Notes: generated by a model not told the origin, from the sequence alone. Positions 1 to 10,587 are shown, counted from the stretch's first letter. The stretch is 64,000 bases of DNA from an uncultured archaeon (GCA_964610875.1 CAZSWP010000001.1:32001-96000); one strand, 5' to 3'. Program-made: numbers and translations.

Positions 1-1
1 A

Positions 2-550
2 GGTCTGTTCGAGGAATTTGATATTATGCGTGTAAAAATCTGGGATATCAATTCGGAAGCAGCTGAGAAATATGCATCTGAAATGACGAGAGATTATGGT
101 GTGGACATAGAAGTGGTTTCAAACCCGGAGCATGTCGTTCCTGGTTCAGATATTCTTGTCACAGCAACACCTTCTCGAAAACCATTGATTACTGCAAAAA
201 CAATCCATGAGGGTATGCACATCAACGCGATTGGAGCTGATGGTCCAGGAAAACAAGAACTAGAGCCCTCAGTCGCTACACTAGCTTCAAAGATTGTAGT
301 TGATAGTCTTGCTCAGTGTAAGAGGATTGGAGAGTTGCAGCATGCTTTCAATGCTGGATTAATAGATGATGCAAAAATCCACGCGGAGATTGGTCAGATT
401 CTGGTCGGAAAGAAAGATGGTAGGAATAACGAATCTGAAATTACTCTGTTCGATGCTACTGGTCTATCGGCACAGGATGTCGCAGCTGCTAAGATAGTAC
501 TTGATGCCGCTAAATCAAAGGGATTGGGTAAATCTGTAAGACTTCTGTGA
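2..550 (+). CDS. Ornithine cyclodeaminase/mu-crystallin family protein (alanine dehydrogenase-like), 5' truncated by the window edge
   Basis: DILVTATPS, HINAIGADGPGKQEL and ITLFDATGLSAQD motifs; frame is open back to the window start. Confidence 0.9.
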   Translation, partial: GLFEEFDIMRVKIWDINSEAAEKYASEMTRDYGVDIEVVSNPEHVVPGSDILVTATPSRKPLITAKTIHEGMHINAIGADGPGKQELEPSVATLASKIVVDSLAQCKRIGELQHAFNAGLIDDAKIHAEIGQILVGKKDGRNNESEITLFDATGLSAQDVAAAKIVLDAAKSKGLGKSVRLL

Positions 551-622
551 GTAACAAGCATTCACATATCCTAAGATGGATTGTGATCATGTTCCTCGTC
601 TACAGCTAATTCTGGTGTCAAA

Positions 623-1957
623 CTATCTATCTTCAATGATTTGCTCTTCTTTGATATATTCATCATCAATATATCGTTCTGTACCTAATTCTCTTGTATC
701 AGTGTCTTGCTCAAGTGGCTTCTCTTCAATATTCATTAGTGACGGCACGAAGAAAGCAATGAAGCTAAGAATTGTCGTAACTACTCCTGACAATATGAAC
801 CAAAAAGACACTCCTGTAACGTCTGCAATTGGTCCTGCTACAGCTAAACCTATAGGTGACATTGCAGATGCCCCAGCTACTAGAAGGGCCAGAACTCTTC
901 CTTGTTTTTCTGGAGGGATTGTTGCTTGAAAGATTGCTATCAATGCACCATTGACAATTGGATTGAGAAAATTGACGATTGTATAGAATGCAATTGCTAC
1001 ATAGAACGAGTCTGCTGGAACAAATCCAATTGCAGCCAAAGCTACTCCTTCAAACACGAGGGCTCCCAAAGCTGTCACTATCTTCTTCTCTGTGCCTCCC
1101 CATGCAGTCAATAATACTGCTCCTATCAGCATCCCCATTGCACCTACAGATTGCATAAGAGCTAGATCAAGTTCCGTACCAAGGAAATAGTTCTTCACAA
1201 GTATTGGTGACAATGACATCGCAGGTGCCGCTAAAAGATTCAATGCCATTGCAAAGAACATTAGGAGAAACCCTCCTCTCCAATCCTTGAGATATGTGAA
1301 TCCCTCTTTCATATCTCTGAGAACGGATGTTTCTTCAACAGCAAGAGCTCTTGCTGGTTGAGGTATTGCAATTGATGCAACCGCAATGATTGCAATCATT
1401 GCAGAGAACACATCGACAAGAAGGATGCTTTGCATTGGTAGCAATACATACAAGACTGCACCAATCGGAGGTGCTATGATTGTTGAAAACCCATTGAGTG
1501 ACTGATTTAGTCCTCCCGTACGTGCAAGATGTTTCTTTGGAACCATGAGGGTGGTAGAAGCCTGCATCGCTGGCCAGTGAAATGCCCCGAATGCTGAACC
1601 AACGAACATGATCAAAAATACATACCAGATGTTAGCTATACCAATGAAGAACAGATATGCTAGACACATAATTGACACTGCTATTAGGGCATCAGCTGCT
1701 ATCATCGTCCTACGACGATTCCATCTATCGACATATGATCCTGCAAAAGGAGCAATGAATACTTGTGGCAATAGTGCCATTATTGTTCCGATTGCCAACA
1801 TGGTAGCAGAACCAGTCAGGTCTGTAATCCACCATACCAACGCAAATCTCACTATTCTTGAACCAAAGAGTGAAACTGCTTGCCCACTCCACATGATACC
1901 AAAAGGTCGCAGTGATTCAGGTTCTGGATTGTCATTAGTTACCACGTACGACACCAC
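623..1957 (-). CDS. MFS transporter (DHA3/macrolide-efflux-like)
   Basis: About 12 TM segments, WSGQAVSLFGS, GSYVDRWNRRR (MFS motif A), QATIPPEKQGRV. Confidence 0.9.
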   Translation of the reverse strand: MVSYVVTNDNPEPESLRPFGIMWSGQAVSLFGSRIVRFALVWWITDLTGSATMLAIGTIMALLPQVFIAPFAGSYVDRWNRRRTMIAADALIAVSIMCLAYLFFIGIANIWYVFLIMFVGSAFGAFHWPAMQASTTLMVPKKHLARTGGLNQSLNGFSTIIAPPIGAVLYVLLPMQSILLVDVFSAMIAIIAVASIAIPQPARALAVEETSVLRDMKEGFTYLKDWRGGFLLMFFAMALNLLAAPAMSLSPILVKNYFLGTELDLALMQSVGAMGMLIGAVLLTAWGGTEKKIVTALGALVFEGVALAAIGFVPADSFYVAIAFYTIVNFLNPIVNGALIAIFQATIPPEKQGRVLALLVAGASAMSPIGLAVAGPIADVTGVSFWFILSGVVTTILSFIAFFVPSLMNIEEKPLEQDTDTRELGTERYIDDEYIKEEQIIEDR

Positions 1958-2092
1958 ACGAGTCTGGATATTATGTTCATATAATTGGATGTATCTCTGC
2001 TTTCATCAATAATCTTGTTATGATCATTTAGATTCATCACCTGTTTTGATCTCAATTTGTGGCTCGTCATTAAACATCAATACATACTTCCA

Positions 2093-2358
2093 CCAATCTC
2101 TGCGATACAAAAAGCAAAGACTCCAATGCTCGTGCAACATGGTGAAAAGGATGAACGAATCTCAGTTATTAGTACTCGAGAAATGTACAGGATACAAAGA
2201 GAAGGGAGTTGACACTGAACTGTCTGTCTATCCTTTCCGGTCTAAGTCATGGATATTTAACATCTCGGGAGAATTATGTGGTTATGCTTCATTCATACAG
2301 ATGGTTCTGTCATTATCTTCCTGGCGAAGAACTAGATTTGTTTGAGAATGATTTCTGA
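2093..2358 (+). pseudogene. Frameshifted C-terminal remnant of an S9 family (acylaminoacyl/dipeptidyl) peptidase
   Basis: Manual translation across frameshifts: PISAIQKAKTPMLVQHGEKDERI / KEKGVDTELSVYP / GLSHG...YRWFCHYL...*; contains the catalytic Asp and His regions, no N-terminal part. Confidence 0.75.
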
Positions 2359-2366
2359 ATATCAAA

Positions 2367-2408
2367 CAAAAGAAAAAAAGGAGGCGTGGAAGGTTACGCG
2401 CCTTCCAC
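2367..2408 (-). terminator. Hairpin plus U-rich tract downstream of the S8 peptidase
   Basis: GTGGAAGG (2386-2393) / CCTTCCAC (2401-2408) stem, followed on the minus strand by a T-rich run. Confidence 0.6.
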
Positions 2409-2420
2409 CATGCTAGGGAT

Positions 2421-4049
2421 TTAGGTTGTTGCTCCATCGGCTTGAACGAATCCTGCACCCTGTACAGTCACATCATAGCCTAAGTCAACAGCTGTTGACT
2501 GTAGATAGCCTTCAAGCCATGCTACACTCATTGTGCCATGTGCTTGAAACATCAAAGCATAGACACCTGATGTCTGTGGGCAGCTGAAACTGGTTCCGCT
2601 TATGTAGTAGTATCCACCATAGTATGGGAGAATGAGATTCTCACCAATTGCAGTGACATCTACTTTTCCTCTTGAAGAGAAGTCCGAAACAAAGACACCT
2701 GAGAAGTCTCCTTCTCCAATATCTGTCCAAATTCCTTCTAAACCATAGGAACCAGTAAGACCTTCATGACCTGCAGCTGCGACTGACGTCGTATCTGCTA
2801 AATTCGCTGGGTATGCTGTTGTATCAGCATCTGGGCCACTATTACCTGCAGAAGTAGATACGACAATCCCCTCGTTCTCAGCGTTTGCTATGGCTGTGTT
2901 CAGATTGTCATTGGTGTTATCGTAACCAAGTGACATTGACACAATCATATTGTAACCACTCAGTGCTCCACTCTTCAATGATCGTGCATAGTCAATACTA
3001 TCTGCCCAATTGTTGAGCATGGTGGTTTCAGTAACTCTATTCCTACCAAAACCTCCAATCCAATAGATACATCTTAGCATGACGATTTTAGCATCCTCTG
3101 CAACACCTTCAATCCAATAGTCAGTAGTGCTGTCCAGACGGTATCCAATCACAGTTCCGGTGACTGCAGTACCATGTCCTTCTGTGTCTTCGTTCCAATC
3201 AACATTGTCATAGCCTAGCTCTTTTGTATAGCTTCGGCTGTATGATGTAAGGATATTTTCTTGTGGGAAATAATCAAGATAGTTTGCAACCAAACCTGTA
3301 TCAATTATAACAACCACTGATCCTACACCCGTGTAGCTTGTCTGGTCTACATCGATGACATCGTTCCACCATGGCATCTTATGTATCAATGTATCTTTCG
3401 ACCAACCTTGACCGCTACCACCACTGTTGTCGACTGTCACGGATACTGTATCAGAATCCTGTAATCCTCCACTATCAGTTGCTTCTGCATAGATAGCATG
3501 AGATCCATCAGAGTATCCTGTTGTATCCCAATCGTAGGAATATGCAGTTGTGATGTACACATCATCAATGTAGATGTCTGGTACAAGACTGTCTTCATCC
3601 TCTACTGTAACTGAAATGGTAACTGTGTCTGCTACAGTTGCACCATTTGACGGACTGGTAATTGTAACAACTGGTGGATTGTTTGTACTACCGCCACCGT
3701 TACTAACAGTAACCGTAATTTTGTCAGTTGCACCTGGGACTTTGGCTTCAATAGTGTGAGTACCGTCACTATAGTATGTCGTATCCCAATTATATGTGCT
3801 ATATGTTCCAACTTGGCTCCCATCAATGTACAGTCTTGGGGTCTGAGAAGCGTCAACAGTTATTGTCACCACACCTGATACTGTTTCCCCATTTGTTGGG
3901 TTTGTTATAGTACAGTATCTCGGTGGGGGTGCCATCAACGCTGTTTGCATATCTCCTCCGCTTAGAGCAGCAACGCTTGTACCCATAAACATAGACATTG
4001 TGAAAACAAAGACGAAGATGAGTCCAAAGGACTTCTTGAATTTCATCAT
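2421..4049 (-). CDS. Secreted subtilisin-like (S8) serine peptidase with two N-terminal Ig-like repeats
   Basis: Signal peptide; triad IDTG, GHGT, SGTSFS; SAGNSG oxyanion motif; two TITxPxNGxTVxxxVTI...Y.WDTT.YSDG.H.I.A repeats. Confidence 0.92.
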   Translation of the reverse strand: MMKFKKSFGLIFVFVFTMSMFMGTSVAALSGGDMQTALMAPPPRYCTITNPTNGETVSGVVTITVDASQTPRLYIDGSQVGTYSTYNWDTTYYSDGTHTIEAKVPGATDKITVTVSNGGGSTNNPPVVTITSPSNGATVADTVTISVTVEDEDSLVPDIYIDDVYITTAYSYDWDTTGYSDGSHAIYAEATDSGGLQDSDTVSVTVDNSGGSGQGWSKDTLIHKMPWWNDVIDVDQTSYTGVGSVVVIIDTGLVANYLDYFPQENILTSYSRSYTKELGYDNVDWNEDTEGHGTAVTGTVIGYRLDSTTDYWIEGVAEDAKIVMLRCIYWIGGFGRNRVTETTMLNNWADSIDYARSLKSGALSGYNMIVSMSLGYDNTNDNLNTAIANAENEGIVVSTSAGNSGPDADTTAYPANLADTTSVAAAGHEGLTGSYGLEGIWTDIGEGDFSGVFVSDFSSRGKVDVTAIGENLILPYYGGYYYISGTSFSCPQTSGVYALMFQAHGTMSVAWLEGYLQSTAVDLGYDVTVQGAGFVQADGATT

Positions 4050-4188
4050 GTTTTACTCCATCTGTTTGTCAATCATTCATGAATGTCCATGAACAACTAA
4101 CTTATCCAGTAGTGTGGGAAAATGCAAACTAATATATAAGTGATATGCACATTTTCCCATGAGAATATTTCAGGTGGATATATAAGCC

Positions 4189-4683
4189 ATGATTGCATTT
4201 TCCAGCTTTATGACAAGAGAGAAGCGGATGGGCATCATAATCATTGTTTTCATGTCTGTGCTTCTTCTATCAACACCTCAAGGTGTGTCAGCAACCCACG
4301 ACAAGTTCGAAGTTGTTATTGAAGAAGCATCTTACGGAGACTTCGATAATGATACCTATGAAGATGACGTGGTTGTTATCTTCACCTGTAGAGTTCTCGA
4401 TGGAGCAAAGAGTCCTGCAAAGACCGATGTATATTTCACGCTTACATTGCCGTCTGGAAAACAACACTTTGCTCTAGTGACAATCGTTGGAAAGTACTCG
4501 GAAATAACTCTAGGAATGTATTGGTTCAATGTGGCTACCGAACCGGGATGGTACAACATTGCAGCTGATGCATATACTTATGGTGGTCCGGATGCTCGGA
4601 CATCAGACTCCGATGTACTCATCTTTGACCCTCCCACTGGGTCAGGCAATGGTGATCCAACAATCAAGTTGTTCACTTGCTAG
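4189..4683 (+). CDS. Secreted beta-rich hypothetical protein (start may be 4210 or 4228)
   Basis: Signal-like hydrophobic N-terminus; DFDNDTYEDD Ca-binding-like loop. Confidence 0.6.
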   Translation: MIAFSSFMTREKRMGIIIIVFMSVLLLSTPQGVSATHDKFEVVIEEASYGDFDNDTYEDDVVVIFTCRVLDGAKSPAKTDVYFTLTLPSGKQHFALVTIVGKYSEITLGMYWFNVATEPGWYNIAADAYTYGGPDARTSDSDVLIFDPPTGSGNGDPTIKLFTC

Positions 4684-4727
4684 AAGATAAAGCCATCATG
4701 CAAACAGCCAGAACTCGAGGTAATTGA

Positions 4728-5834
4728 TTGAGGGGACAACATCTTTCATCAAGACATCTACAACTACTCATTGCATTACAGGAAGGTCCGATGGACCGAC
4801 TGGAAGATATTGCAGAGAGAGTAAAGATATCTAGGACTACAGTTTCAAAGAATTTGAAGTGGTTATCAGGTGAGTCCAAATCTGGCAAAAAGAGATATTT
4901 CAGAGTTGTACCTGATCTAAATGAAGCACGCCTTGGTATGCATACCGTTGATGTCCTTTTTGACACCCCTACCTTTGCATCACTCAAAAAAGTAGAGGGG
5001 TTGTGTAACATCCACGCCTATACAAAATACAGAGCCAGATGCTATGGTGGCGAAAGTGGGGTATTCGCACAATTTCGAATACCGAATGATACCGCTGATT
5101 TGTTATACGCATTTCTAGAGGAATCCAAAGCTAATGGTAATTTCGAAGATTTCTGGGTACTTCCGACTCAAGATATTGATTCTATCTTCACAGTACCACG
5201 TCTGGAATATTGGAATAATGATTCATTCGCATGGGAGTTCAACTGGGATGAATGGTTTGATGCTCGCTATAAAATGAAACAAGTTCTAAAAAAGAAGAAG
5301 CAAGCGCCTATGCTTGATATTCTTACTAAAGATGATATTTGGATTATGAGCCTATTACCGAGGGGAATGCGTCGAAAACAGAAGGCACTCATTGAAGATC
5401 TAAAAAGAGAAGGCATAGAATTCACCTCTCAAGAGTTCTCTAGAAGATACAATCTTATCAAAGAGAACTTCATTACACGTTATCATGTTTATGTGGATGT
5501 TGATACGTTTGATCTTTATAGTAATGTCCTAATAACGGCGGATTCCAACACAAAATTCTCGTCCGAATTACGACAAAGGCTGCAATCAAATCCAATACCT
5601 TTCAGATCTACTGCAAAGATAAGTGATGATTTCCTCTTCTGGTATCTAAGAATGCCTTCAAGTCATCTCTCACGACTTCTGAATCATCTTCATCATGAGG
5701 TCACAGACCTCAAGCTCTCACTAGTTGATTATCAAAGAACAGAAGTATTTGGTCTCTGGTCTGAGGCGTTTGATGAAACCAATAGGGCTTGGCGAGTAGA
5801 ACCTGATTTCATGATGTGTCGTAATCTTGAATAG
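4728..5834 (+). CDS. Lrp/AsnC-like winged-helix regulator with duplicated architecture
   Basis: N-terminal HTH (EDIAERVKISRTTVSKNLKWL); second HTH-like segment in the C-terminal half; GAGGT upstream of TTG. Confidence 0.7.
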   Translation: MRGQHLSSRHLQLLIALQEGPMDRLEDIAERVKISRTTVSKNLKWLSGESKSGKKRYFRVVPDLNEARLGMHTVDVLFDTPTFASLKKVEGLCNIHAYTKYRARCYGGESGVFAQFRIPNDTADLLYAFLEESKANGNFEDFWVLPTQDIDSIFTVPRLEYWNNDSFAWEFNWDEWFDARYKMKQVLKKKKQAPMLDILTKDDIWIMSLLPRGMRRKQKALIEDLKREGIEFTSQEFSRRYNLIKENFITRYHVYVDVDTFDLYSNVLITADSNTKFSSELRQRLQSNPIPFRSTAKISDDFLFWYLRMPSSHLSRLLNHLHHEVTDLKLSLVDYQRTEVFGLWSEAFDETNRAWRVEPDFMMCRNLE

Positions 5835-5874
5835 ACATGAATTAAGAATTGGTGGAGCAAAGAACTAGGAAGGT

Positions 5875-6831
5875 TTGCCCTTGGTATCAATTGATGATAT
5901 TCTCATAGCACGAACACGTATAGCTCCATATGTCAAAGAAACCCCTCTGTATTTCTCACGATATCTCTCAGAACTAGTTGATGCTAAGGTGTATCTCAAA
6001 CTAGAGAATAAACAGCTCACTGGGTCCTTCAAGGTCAGAGGAGCTTTGAATAAGATGCTGAATCTGACTCCTGAAGAACTCTCTCTAGGTGTTATTACGG
6101 CATCAACTGGAAATCATGCTCAAGGATTTGGATTTGCTGCTCGAGAATTAAAGGTAGAAGCAAGTGTGGTTTTTCCTAAAGGTGCTTCCGAACATAAGAA
6201 ATCCAAGATTCAAGAATATGGTGTCAAGGTCATTCAAGATGTCGGCTATGATGAGATTGAACCATACGCGCGAAAACTTGCAAAAGAACTGGGTATGACA
6301 TATGTGAGTCCTTACAATGATCCTCTAATTGTTACAGGCGCTGGAACAACCGGTCTCGAGATACTTGAACAAACCGAGAATATAGATCAGGTCATTGTAC
6401 CTGTAGGTGGAGGCGGTTTAATCTCTGGAATTGCTATTGCTATCAAGAACAAATTGCCGGATGTGGAAATAATTGGAGTACAATCTGAAGCTTCTCCAGA
6501 AATCTACAAGTCGTGGCGTGCCGGACATTGGGTAGAAGCTCCAGAGAGTGACTCTCTGGCGCAAGGATTAATGGGTGGTGTTGAAGCAGATTCTATCACA
6601 TTAGATATTATCCAAGAGAAAGTCACGCGAATGACATTGGTCCGTGAGAGTTCCATTTTGAATGCGATGAAACTCTTGTACGAGAAGGACAATCTTGTCA
6701 TTGAAGGAGCTGGTGCAATCTCTACTGCTGAGTTAATTGAGCATAAAGAGGCCTATGAAGACAAGAATGTCGTAGTGGTTGTCAGTGGGGGAAATATCCA
6801 AACTGATGAACTCATATCACTCATTCAATAA
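5875..6831 (+). CDS. PLP-dependent threonine/serine dehydratase
   Basis: KLENKQLTGSFKVRGA, ASTGNHA, PVGGGGLISG and SGGN motifs. Confidence 0.92.
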   Translation: MPLVSIDDILIARTRIAPYVKETPLYFSRYLSELVDAKVYLKLENKQLTGSFKVRGALNKMLNLTPEELSLGVITASTGNHAQGFGFAARELKVEASVVFPKGASEHKKSKIQEYGVKVIQDVGYDEIEPYARKLAKELGMTYVSPYNDPLIVTGAGTTGLEILEQTENIDQVIVPVGGGGLISGIAIAIKNKLPDVEIIGVQSEASPEIYKSWRAGHWVEAPESDSLAQGLMGGVEADSITLDIIQEKVTRMTLVRESSILNAMKLLYEKDNLVIEGAGAISTAELIEHKEAYEDKNVVVVVSGGNIQTDELISLIQ

Positions 6832-6840
6832 GATGAATCC

Positions 6841-7365
6841 CTAATCACGAAATATCTCCATGTAATGTGTATCAACATACTCTCCATTAACATAGTATTT
6901 TCCATGTGCTGTACCATAGTGCTTGAATCCAATTTTCTCATACACATGCTTAGCTCTAGGATTTTGGTCATGTACACCCAGTTCGACACGTCGAAGATTC
7001 AGATGCTTCCATCCAAAATCTAGGATAAGTTCAATCGTTTCTGTTCCATAGCCTTTTCCCCAATTCCTTTCTTCATAGATGGCAATGCCAAGAACACAAG
7101 ACCTTGACAACCAATCTATATCATGAAGCGCGGTCGATCCTATCATATTGCCCTCTGGCATTGTTTCGATAGCAAAATGAAAATCAGTCCTTTTCTTCAA
7201 TGCCTCTTCAGCTGCTTGCAACCACTCCCTCTCAACATTTCTAGTGATTGGCATGTAGCCTCCTAAGTATACTCTCATCTCTGGGTCGTTAAAATGTTCC
7301 ATGATATAATCAAGATGCTTTTCTTCATCAAGAGGAACAAGTCTGACACTATCTCCAACTAACAA
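6841..7365 (-). CDS. GNAT acetyltransferase, RimJ/RimL type
   Basis: WGKGYGTE, LNLRRVELGV and NPRAKHVYEKIGF motifs. Confidence 0.9.
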   Translation of the reverse strand: MLVGDSVRLVPLDEEKHLDYIMEHFNDPEMRVYLGGYMPITRNVEREWLQAAEEALKKRTDFHFAIETMPEGNMIGSTALHDIDWLSRSCVLGIAIYEERNWGKGYGTETIELILDFGWKHLNLRRVELGVHDQNPRAKHVYEKIGFKHYGTAHGKYYVNGEYVDTHYMEIFRD

Positions 7366-7468
7366 TTTGAAAACCTGCGTCTGGCTTGTTTGATTTAGTT
7401 AAGAGTTTTGAGTACGATTTTAAATTGTTCTGTTTATGAAATTTGCACTTCCTAAAGATTGATTTTCC

Positions 7469-8188
7469 ATGATTAACCAGATTGACCTGATTGCTATGAC
7501 TATTCTTTCAGAAACACTACAAGAACTTCTGAATGATATGGGTCCATATCTTGATCTTCTCACCAGTCAGGCTGGGAAAATGAATGCTGGATTCGAACTG
7601 ACTGACACGGGAGAACAGGCAACACTCATCTTTGATGAAGGAATCACTATATGTGAAGGACTCGTAGATGTAGCTTTCAAAGTCACGCTGACTAGTGAAC
7701 TTCTAGAAATGGCAATGAATGGAGAAGTCGATTTGTTTGCTTTGGCTGGTCGAAGTCATATCTCAGAAAAAAAAGCAGTAGATTTCGAATTCTTCGATAG
7801 AAGTAGAATGAAAGAGATTTTTGATACAATCTACGTATTGGGAACACATTTCTTTGTCCCTGGAAAAATCAAATCCCGAGTGATGCGACCTGAATTAGCT
7901 GGAAGTGCACATGGTGCAAGACCAATTCCTCTTGTGTACTGGAAAGACTTGCGCACTGCTTGGTACTATATACCCGCAGGAGAGATTCTAAACGTTGCAG
8001 GCGAGAAGGACCCGTATCCACAGGCCTTCGTAGTTCTGAGTGGGAAAGGTCGTTTAATAATGGAAAATGGAGAAGTAGATATCGAACCGTCTTGTACTTA
8101 CTATATACCAAGGAATTTCACTCACCGAGTACATGCTGAAGAAGATACTACCTTGATATGGATCGCATATGATGCTCCAATGTTTTAG
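7469..8188 (+). CDS. Cupin-domain protein with an SCP2-like N-terminal domain
   Basis: C-terminal QAFVVLSGKG...YYIPRNFTHRV cupin motifs; N-terminal pattern resembles the SCP2 fold. Confidence 0.6.
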   Translation: MINQIDLIAMTILSETLQELLNDMGPYLDLLTSQAGKMNAGFELTDTGEQATLIFDEGITICEGLVDVAFKVTLTSELLEMAMNGEVDLFALAGRSHISEKKAVDFEFFDRSRMKEIFDTIYVLGTHFFVPGKIKSRVMRPELAGSAHGARPIPLVYWKDLRTAWYYIPAGEILNVAGEKDPYPQAFVVLSGKGRLIMENGEVDIEPSCTYYIPRNFTHRVHAEEDTTLIWIAYDAPMF

Positions 8189-8289
8189 TATTTGAATGAC
8201 TACAGTACTCAAAATACACTGTAACCTCCACTGACTTATGGACATATGGTGAAATACACGATAATCGTTACCGTGGTCATTTCTAAAAT

Positions 8290-8748
8290 CTAGAAGATTG
8301 ATACATCTTCTGGCTTGAAGTCCTCTTGAAGAACAATGTCTTTGCTGAACTCATGCTCTTCCTCAAGTCTAGGATAGAAGAATGCAAATAGTGCATCGAA
8401 TCCCCAACCTGTTTCAATGCTTGGGAATATTGCAAATTTTATATCCCCATCAACTTCTACTCCAGTTGTACTATGATACAAATGACGTAGAAATCTATCA
8501 GCTTGTTCTTTCTGAATCGATGTATCTATCAACATATCAAACAATTCTTCATAGATATCAATGAAATATGGTCTAAGTCCGAAATCATTCTCTGAAACCC
8601 ATCCTTCAAAATCAATCCAGCCCATTTCTTCGAAGCTATCAAATACTGTCTTCAAATCAAGCTTTATTCTATCATATTTTTCACTAACAGGACCATCTGT
8701 TAGACTTGTTACAATTACATAACCTTCAGGTCTCTCACTAATTTCCAT
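8290..8748 (-). CDS. Acidic hypothetical protein
   Basis: 152-aa ORF with no competing long ORF. Confidence 0.6.
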   Translation of the reverse strand: MEISERPEGYVIVTSLTDGPVSEKYDRIKLDLKTVFDSFEEMGWIDFEGWVSENDFGLRPYFIDIYEELFDMLIDTSIQKEQADRFLRHLYHSTTGVEVDGDIKFAIFPSIETGWGFDALFAFFYPRLEEEHEFSKDIVLQEDFKPEDVSIF

Positions 8749-8984
8749 TTCAATTTACCATACAGTTAGAATAGAACGATTTTCTAAAAATACATAATAA
8801 CCAAAAAAACCAAACACACATAATTACCTAATTGTCCAATCGAGTCGGATATCCCGTATTTGCTTATTTACCATTGTTAACCCTAACATCAGTAAAATAG
8901 ATAACAGTTCCTTATAAACCCTCTCTATTTAAAAGGAGTTTTTAAAACCCTCTTTTTGTTTTATTTCAGTGAATAAACCTTTCA

Positions 8985-9881
8985 TTATGCAAAAGCTGCC
9001 ACAATAAAGAAGATGTCCGCAATTGCATGGGCAATTATGGCTCCAGCTATACTCCCTGTTTTCCACATTATGTAACCACATAACGCACCAAGGATGATAG
9101 TGAAACAGAAGAATGCTATCATTAGGGGTATTCCCAAGAATTGTATTGAAATAGCGTGAAATATACCAAATATGAGTGCACTCAAGCCGATTGCCCATTT
9201 TGGTTCAAAATAGAAGTTGAAAGCTCGAAGGAATAACCCTCTGAACATTAGCTCTTCCATGATACTATTAGCAAAGGCAAAGGTCAGGAACCAAGGTGTC
9301 CAAGCTAGTAGTGTATTGATATCTGTACTGAATGACAACATTGTGACTGCTGCAAATTGAAGTAGGGCCATTGGTGCGTATATCAACCCCGTCATCAGAC
9401 TTAGTTTCAACTTGCCCTTTTGTAAGTACAAAAAGCCAACATCCATGCCGCGGAAACGAATACCAAGAAGAATGATCACTATTATAGGAACAGCTTCAAG
9501 TAATTTGTATACAGTCCATCCTTCGACCGAGTCTTTCACAATAATTGGGATTTCCACATTGAAAAACCATACAACAACAAAACTAAGTGAAACAAGGAAA
9601 AAAGCATCGATGAGATATTGATAAGATCCCAGCCCAACTACTTTTCTTGCTCCTAGAACAAGTGATAGTAGAAACAGACTTAGTATCAATCTCACTATTA
9701 ACTTCGTTTCAGAACTCATGAAATTATTGTACCCTGCGATATTAAACACAATAAAGCTTGCAATTATGATAACAAGAGAGAGTAGAATCCGTTTCTTTCT
9801 AATTTCATCCTTTGATGCATCAGACAGAAAAGGTCTTTCGTAATATGAACCAGGTGTCTTATTCTCATTCTCTCTACTCAA
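8985..9881 (-). CDS. CPBP/Abi (CAAX protease-like) intramembrane metalloprotease
   Basis: EELMFRG, FGIFH and AIIAHAIAD motifs; multi-TM. Confidence 0.9.
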   Translation of the reverse strand: MSRENENKTPGSYYERPFLSDASKDEIRKKRILLSLVIIIASFIVFNIAGYNNFMSSETKLIVRLILSLFLLSLVLGARKVVGLGSYQYLIDAFFLVSLSFVVVWFFNVEIPIIVKDSVEGWTVYKLLEAVPIIVIILLGIRFRGMDVGFLYLQKGKLKLSLMTGLIYAPMALLQFAAVTMLSFSTDINTLLAWTPWFLTFAFANSIMEELMFRGLFLRAFNFYFEPKWAIGLSALIFGIFHAISIQFLGIPLMIAFFCFTIILGALCGYIMWKTGSIAGAIIAHAIADIFFIVAAFA

Positions 9882-9967
9882 ACTTTATTCCCCAAGATTT
9901 TGTTAGATATTTTACTTTGGAATGTTCCATTGTAAAACCATTAGATACGGTTTTCTATTAATGCCAA

Positions 9968-10285
9968 TTAATCATTCTCTGAAAAGGAACGTGCTGTGAA
10001 CTTGGTACAATCGGTACATACAATCTCGTAGTCCCAGTATGCATCTCCACTTGCTGTACTCACACACCACTTTGCATAGATGACCAGAACATTGTCACTA
10101 CTACAATTAGCACATCCATGCATATTGAGTCGTTCTCTGAGTGGATGTTCTGCAATCTCAATACCTCTCCCTGTGTATTCCATCCATGTCCATTCGTTGT
10201 CTTCATTTGGGGTAATGGCATCACTCAATTCGATATAATTCTTAGATGCAATATTCGGACTGTCACTCACTCTTTCGTAAAACAC
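9968..10285 (-). CDS. Small zinc-ribbon hypothetical protein
   Basis: CANC...CTDC pairs. Confidence 0.6.
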   Translation of the reverse strand: MFYERVSDSPNIASKNYIELSDAITPNEDNEWTWMEYTGRGIEIAEHPLRERLNMHGCANCSSDNVLVIYAKWCVSTASGDAYWDYEIVCTDCTKFTARSFSEND

Positions 10286-10336
10286 AATTAGTCACAGTTA
10301 GTGGTCCGTCATTTGCTTATACTACTTGTGCAGATT

Positions 10337-10561
10337 CTATCTGATTTCTACTGTATCTTGTTTTTCTCTATAGCTCTCATATTTCCTGCTCATTGTTCTC
10401 ATGTAAAACAACTGATATAGAACTGACATGAATCCAAACAGCAGACCAACCGTAGCAGCATATGTTGGATTAACTGGAATCCACCCTATCACAGAAAGAA
10501 GGTATGCTGTTATACCAGAGCTCACGGTAATTATTGCAATCATAAAGAACCTAGGATACAA
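10337..10561 (-). CDS. Small two-TM membrane protein (5' end uncertain)
   Basis: Two hydrophobic helices and a basic tail. Confidence 0.45.
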   Translation of the reverse strand: MYPRFFMIAIITVSSGITAYLLSVIGWIPVNPTYAATVGLLFGFMSVLYQLFYMRTMSRKYESYREKQDTVEIR

Positions 10562-10587
10562 CTTTTTTCTTTAACTTTTTTTTTCCT

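Noticed and set aside
576-2012. Short ORFs antisense to or out of frame within the MFS gene (and similar shadow ORFs throughout the track)
   Set aside because: They overlap well-supported genes and lack motifs
8749-8984. AT-rich gap as a possible CRISPR leader or ncRNA
   Set aside because: No repeat-spacer array or stable structure seen here; no CRISPR array or rRNA anywhere in the window
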